From positions 434,001 through 498,000 of the forward strand of contig CP145419.1 of NCBI GenBank assembly GCA_036867785.1: a stretch of DNA of 64,000 nucleotides, read 5' to 3'. Position 1 is the first letter of the stretch; the number at the start of each line of letters is the position of its first letter. A program made the position numbers and the translations under genes. The notes beneath the pieces are model-generated. The model searched no databases, had not been told where the DNA came from, and worked only from the letters and a program-made list of their open reading frames with translations. Source of the stretch: Plasmodiophora brassicae (lineage: Eukaryota). This document shows positions 59,150 to 64,000 of the stretch, in pieces.

Positions 59150-60003
59150 ATGAGCGCGGCGGGTGGCCCCCAGAACAAGACGTACCAGTTCAAGCTGGTT
59201 TTGCTCGGCGACTCTGCTGTCGGCAAATCGTCGCTCGTCCTGCGATTCGTCAAAGGACAGTTCTTTGAGTACCAGGAAAGTACAATTGGAGGTACGCGCT
59301 CATCGTACGTTCCAGGCCGCGCTAGTCGTTTTAATTTCGACCATCTTCAGCCGCATTCCTGACACAAACGGTGGTTGTCCAAGACTGTACGGTCAAGTTT
59401 GAGATCGTATGCTTGTGTTGCAGTGCGGCCAGCCTCGTTATTAACTATATGTGTAGTGGGACACGGCTGGGCAAGAACGGTACCACAGTCTTGCGCCCAT
59501 GTATTATCGCGGTGCCGCAGCCGCCGTCGTTGTGTACGATGCTGTCACCCCCTTTTTTCGGTTGCGTAGTTCCATTCTGAATTTGTTCGGCAACAGATAC
59601 GACATCACATCAGAGCAGTCGTTCGCTCGTGCGAAGAAATGGATTGAGGAGCTCAGACAACTTGGCAGTGCCGATATGGTCATAGCCCTGGCTGGGAACA
59701 AGACGGATCTGGAAGATCAGCGACAGGTCACACCGGAGGTTGCGAAGGCGTACGCCGACGAGCAGGACATATTCTTCACTGAAACGTCCGCCAAGACTGC
59801 TGACAACGTTAACGAACTATTCGTCATGATTGCTCGGAAGTTGCCCAAGGTCAGCACCGGTTGTAGGTCGTGTCGCCCCATTGTCGCTAACGTGCCGCCG
59901 TTAGGTGTTCGTCCCGCAGGAACCGAAGACTGGCAGCATTGTCATCGAGAACACCGGATTGGACCAGTCCAGGGCCGGCTGCTGTGGCCTGTCCGGGCAT
60001 TAA
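59150..60003 (+). CDS. RAB5: Rab5 GTPase (multi-exon)
   Basis: [49 protein letters not shown] and ETSAK; C-terminus AGCCGLSGH*. Confidence 0.96.
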
Positions 60004-60229
60004 CCTATGCGCTGCTGTCGGCAGATCAGCCATCCGCAATACTAAACGTTCGAGTCGACATGATCTGGACTGTCGATCAGCAATCTATCATTATTCTAGA
60101 ACCGTGTCGTGTGGGCGGCACGCGTATGTCAGTGAGGTCGTCGCAGTCGGGCGGTGGTCGGAAGGTGCGGCGGTTGTCAGACGGAGTTTGCGGTCTAGGC
60201 TTTGCCTTGGATCGCGGCGGGCGACAACC

Positions 60230-62268
60230 ATGGCGCTCAGTTTCTCGGTCACGATGCCCGCGTACTCGTCGCTGTTCCTGAACACGGGCAAGAACATTGA
60301 TGAGGGCGACAAGGGTACTGCTCGGCGGGGCTGGATGCTAGCTGGCCGCGATTCTGACCGGATTCGACCTAGTTGTTCTTCCGGATACCGTGCTTCGTGG
60401 CCTGCTCCAGCTGTATGGGCAGCGCCCTATGCCAACGCCCCTGATATTTGAGATCAGGAACGCGCCTATTGGCCGGGTATCGCATTGTGGCGTCCTGGAG
60501 TTTACGGCCCAGGACGAAGCCGCGTTCATGCCGAACTGGATGCTGGAGAACCTGCTCCTGTCCGATGGCGCTCCTGTGCGCCTGACGCTCTGTACATTGC
60601 CGAAATTGACGTTCGTCCGATTCCAGCCATTGCAGTACGCGTTTACAAAGATCCCGAATCCGAAAGCCGCGTACGATTGCCTTCCGCATCGCCTGGTTGC
60701 TTGGCTGATCTCGCATACTGGTTTTACCCAGATTGGAAGAAGCGCTGCTAAAGTTCACAGCGCTGACGCGTGGCGATACGATTCTGCTACGGTACCATCA
60801 CGAAGAGTATATGATGCAAGTGACCGACGTGCAACCGGATACGGGCGAGCGAGAGCCCCCTGCCGGATGCGTTATCGATGCCACCATTGAGGTTGATTTC
60901 GATCCGCCGCTGGAGGAAGCCCCAAAGGAAGAAAAGATCTCAGTGCTGGAGCTCGACGTCCCCGAGCAAGGGCACGTCATGGCAGACCAATTCAGTAACG
61001 CGAGACAGTGATCGATATTCGCCATGTTGTACTGATTAAGGTCGTTGCCAGAATACTACCGGGTAAAGCTTCGTGACCCGTCGATCGGTCTTCGCGTGTC
61101 GATCGATTCAACCGGGACACGCCCGGACGTGTATATATCGACATCGGTGGATCGGCCGTCGCCGACGAACAGCATGTTCTCGGGCAGTGTTGGGTCCCCT
61201 GCCGAAATCAGGACCGATTCGCCAGGTTTCTCCAAGTCGTGGTACTATATCGCCGTGCACTCTTTCGGTCAGCCTGCGGCATACACGCTTCTGGCAACGC
61301 AGGTGTGATTGCTCGCTCGGTCGCAGACGCACGTGTCTAAGACGGTTTGTCAGGTCGAGGATGATGTCCAACAGGGGCAACAGCTTGGCAAGATTCCGTC
61401 GCCGGTGGCATCGTCATCCGACCTGGCATCAACGCCACCCGGGCAGCGCTGCGACAATTGCATGCGGGTCGTCCCCGCTGCGTCCTTCCAGATGCATTCG
61501 ATCGTGTGCGCGCGGAACAACTGGGCCTGCCCCCAGTGCCGAAAAGTGATGCCCGTTCGCGAACGAAACAAGCACGCCCATTGCGATCTGTGCGACGCGG
61601 TCATTGTCCCCGAGGACAAGGAGAAGCATATCGCCCTGTTCCACGCCAAGGTGAAGTGCCGATGCGGCCAGGAGATGGACGCGCTGGCGTTGCCATCGCA
61701 CCAGGAGAAGTCGTGCCAGTTCAGGCTGCAGCCGTGCCGATGGTGTGGTGATTCGTTCCCGCTGAACCAGAAGTACGCCCACGAGCAGATGTGCGGGTCG
61801 AAGACGGTCCCGTGCGCGCGATGCGGCAAAGCGGTCATCCGGCGGCAGACCGACATTCACAATGCCGCTGAACACGGCATCAACCCATGCCTGGATGCTT
61901 CCGGAAACCGAAGAACGGTGGCGTCGGTAGAAACCGAAGAGCGACAGGCACGAGCGCAGGAACTGCTGCCGACGTACGGTGCCAACCTGGCCAACAACGG
62001 CAACGATGAAGACGCCATGGTTGCCCAGGCAATCGCTGCATCGCTCAACTACCAGGGCGGTTCATCCGCAAGCGCCCCTGCCAACGAGGAAATGGACCCT
62101 GAACTCGCTCGAGCCCTCGCCGCCTCCATGGAAGCCAGCGCCCAAGACCAGGACCTCGCGCGGGCCATCGCCGCCTCCATGGAAGTCGACGCGGAGACCC
62201 AGCGCGACCTCGATCTCGCTATCGCCGCTTCCCTCGCCGAATCACCCGAGTCCAAGTCCGACTTCTGA
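60230..62268 (+). CDS. UFD1-domain protein with a PPC-like beta domain, TRAF/XAF1-type zinc fingers and four UIMs
   Basis: [26 protein letters not shown] and EVDFDPP (UFD1); PDVYIS...WYYIAV (PPC-like); several CxxC/HxxxC fingers; four L/VxxA(I/L)AAS(L/M) UIMs. Confidence 0.85.
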
Positions 62269-62436
62269 CATCCTCCATCGCCAGCCTCGATTCGATGAAT
62301 GAAAACAGGAATAAGCAGCTGCAGCAGCAGCAGCAGTTTGCCGCAGCGGTTGAGCGACGGCCGTGCGGCGTCGCGAGTGTTGCGTAATTCCGTGCAGTCA
62401 AGTCCGTGGCCGGCGGAGGAGAGACGCGGCCCGTTG

Positions 62437-63449
62437 ATGACGACGTACGTCCGGCAGCAGGACCGGAACCAGGCGGCGACGCTGTGGTGCGGCAACCTGG
62501 CCGACCAGTGCACGGAGGAGATATTGTGGGAGCTGTTCATACAATGCGGGCCGCTACGTAAGAGAGGGGTGTCTCGCGTCGGGTCTGCGTCGCCCTGACA
62601 AAGGGTCTGCGTTGCGTGCACAGTGGACGTTGTGATGCCGACGGATAAGGTGACGAACCAGCACCAGAATTACGCGTTCGTCGAGTTCCGGTCCGAGGCC
62701 GACGCCGACTACGCGATGAAGGTGATGAACATGGTGAAATTGTATGGCCAGTCGATCCGGATCAACCGGTCGTCCCGCGAGAAGGACGAATTCGACGTTG
62801 GCGCGAACCTGTTCGTCGGCAACCTGGCCCCTGAAGTCGACGAGCAGATCCTCTACAACTCGTTCAGCGTTTTCGGACAGGTGTGCCAACCTGATCTTGC
62901 TGTCGCTGGTCAGCCCAACTGAACATGTTGATGGGTGTACAGGTTCTGAACGCCAAGGTGATGCATGATGACAATGGGGCACCGAGAGGGTTCGGCTTCG
63001 TGAACTTTGCAACGTTCGAAGCGTCCGATGCGGCGCTGGCAGCCATGAACGGCCAGTACCTATGCAACAAGGCGATCAACGTGTCGTACGCGTACATGAA
63101 GGACAGCACGCGCGGCGAACGTCACGGCACCGAGGCGGAACGTCAACTGGCCAAGAGCCGGGCGGCCATGCTGCCGAAATCGGCCACCAAGGTGCATTCG
63201 CACTTCTCGGCGGGTAGTACGGCACCGCCGCCGCCGGCTCCGGTTGCCGCCGAACATCCCGTCGGGTTCCCGCCCATGGTCCCACCTGGATACGGGTACG
63301 CCGCGCCGCCGCCCATGCATTTCCCAGGGGCGTTCCCGCCGCCGTTCCCAGGCGCGTTCCCGCCCCCGGGACAGTTCGCGCCGCCCCCCATGTTCCCGCC
63401 GGGCATGGCGCCACCGCCCCCACCCCCACATCAACGACAACAACAATAA
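62437..63449 (+). CDS. SF3B4: Splicing factor 3B subunit 4 (SAP49)
   Basis: RNQAATL, LWELFIQCGP, two RRMs, DVGANLFVGNL, GERHGTEAERQLA and a Pro-rich tail. Confidence 0.95.
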
Positions 63450-63521
63450 TAATCGGCACAGACAGACGCATGCACCCGTTCGATGTCGGCACGACGCGTC
63501 CCGTGCGCCACCTGTTGTATA

Positions 63522-64000
63522 TTATAGGATGACGCAGCACGATGTGGATTTGGCGGGGGCGACGGCGGCAGCAGGTTGCTGCTTGTCGGCATCCGGTTCC
63601 GGTTCCGGTTGCCGGTCGCGAGTCGGGCCAGGCGGTTTCCCCATCGCGGCCCCGTGCGACATCGAAGGTTCCGTCTGGACGTTCACCTGATCGGGGCTTA
63701 ACGGCGCCGCGTCCTCGGCCGTCTCCATGCTCTTGAACGCCTTCGGCGAGGAGTGCATCGGCGGCGGGCCATGCGCGGCGCTGCTCGCCTGCGTTCGCAA
63801 CGTCTTCTCCACGAGCTCCTTCTTCGCCATCGGCGACATGTTCGATCGGGACGCGGGCGCCGGCCCATCGTTCTCGTTGTCGGCGGGCGTCGCCAGCGTT
63901 TTCGACGCGGCCGCCGCGTCCCCGTGCTCGCTCGAGTCGGCGTTGCTCGACAGCATCCTGGCCTTCGGTGTGCTCTGATCGCTTGCCTGCTGGTGGTGAA
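63522..64000 (-). CDS. 3' end of a low-complexity protein ending in a CaaX motif (CCVIL); 5' end outside the window
   Basis: Open minus-strand frame ending ...AKSTSCCVIL*. Confidence 0.6.
   Translation of the reverse strand, partial: HHQQASDQSTPKARMLSSNADSSEHGDAAAASKTLATPADNENDGPAPASRSNMSPMAKKELVEKTLRTQASSAAHGPPPMHSSPKAFKSMETAEDAAPLSPDQVNVQTEPSMSHGAAMGKPPGPTRDRQPEPEPDADKQQPAAAVAPAKSTSCCVIL

Overview
This is gene-dense eukaryotic nuclear DNA of roughly 60% GC with many short (~45-70 nt) GT-AG introns. The flagellar inner-arm dynein, intron style and intron-poor secreted-protein genes suggest a zoosporic parasitic protist. A plasmodiophorid such as Plasmodiophora brassicae is my inference and is not verified. 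Housekeeping genes: DNAH10-type axonemal dynein heavy chain (5' end outside the window), pyruvate carboxylase, dual-specificity phosphatase, LACTB2-like nuclease, HxxxDG acyltransferase, FHA-kinase (CHK2-like), OST3/OST6, SEN34, ABCA transporter, Sen1-like helicase, SNase-like protein, Rab5, a UFD1-zinc finger-UIM protein and SF3B4. Between dynein and pyruvate carboxylase (~13.4-26.2 kb) lies an accessory island. It holds (1) three signal-peptide genes without evident introns (effector candidates), one ending in a HicA-like RNase-toxin fold; (2) a phage/bacterial-type pyrimidine-dimer-glycosylase-like gene that appears to have gained an intron and an NLS tail; (3) a proteasome beta-6 gene fragment; (4) a broken LRR/Pmp-repeat gene; and (5) an intact, very young 5,126-bp Ty1/copia element with identical 180-bp LTRs and a TGTAA target-site duplication. 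The element is the main result. Its primer-binding site is complementary to the anticodon arm of tRNA-Lys(CUU), implying a half-tRNA primer. It also has a complete -1 frameshift cassette (G_GAU_UUC, 6-nt spacer, stem/pseudoknot) placed between protease and integrase. All family assignments come from motif recognition by eye; no database searches were run.
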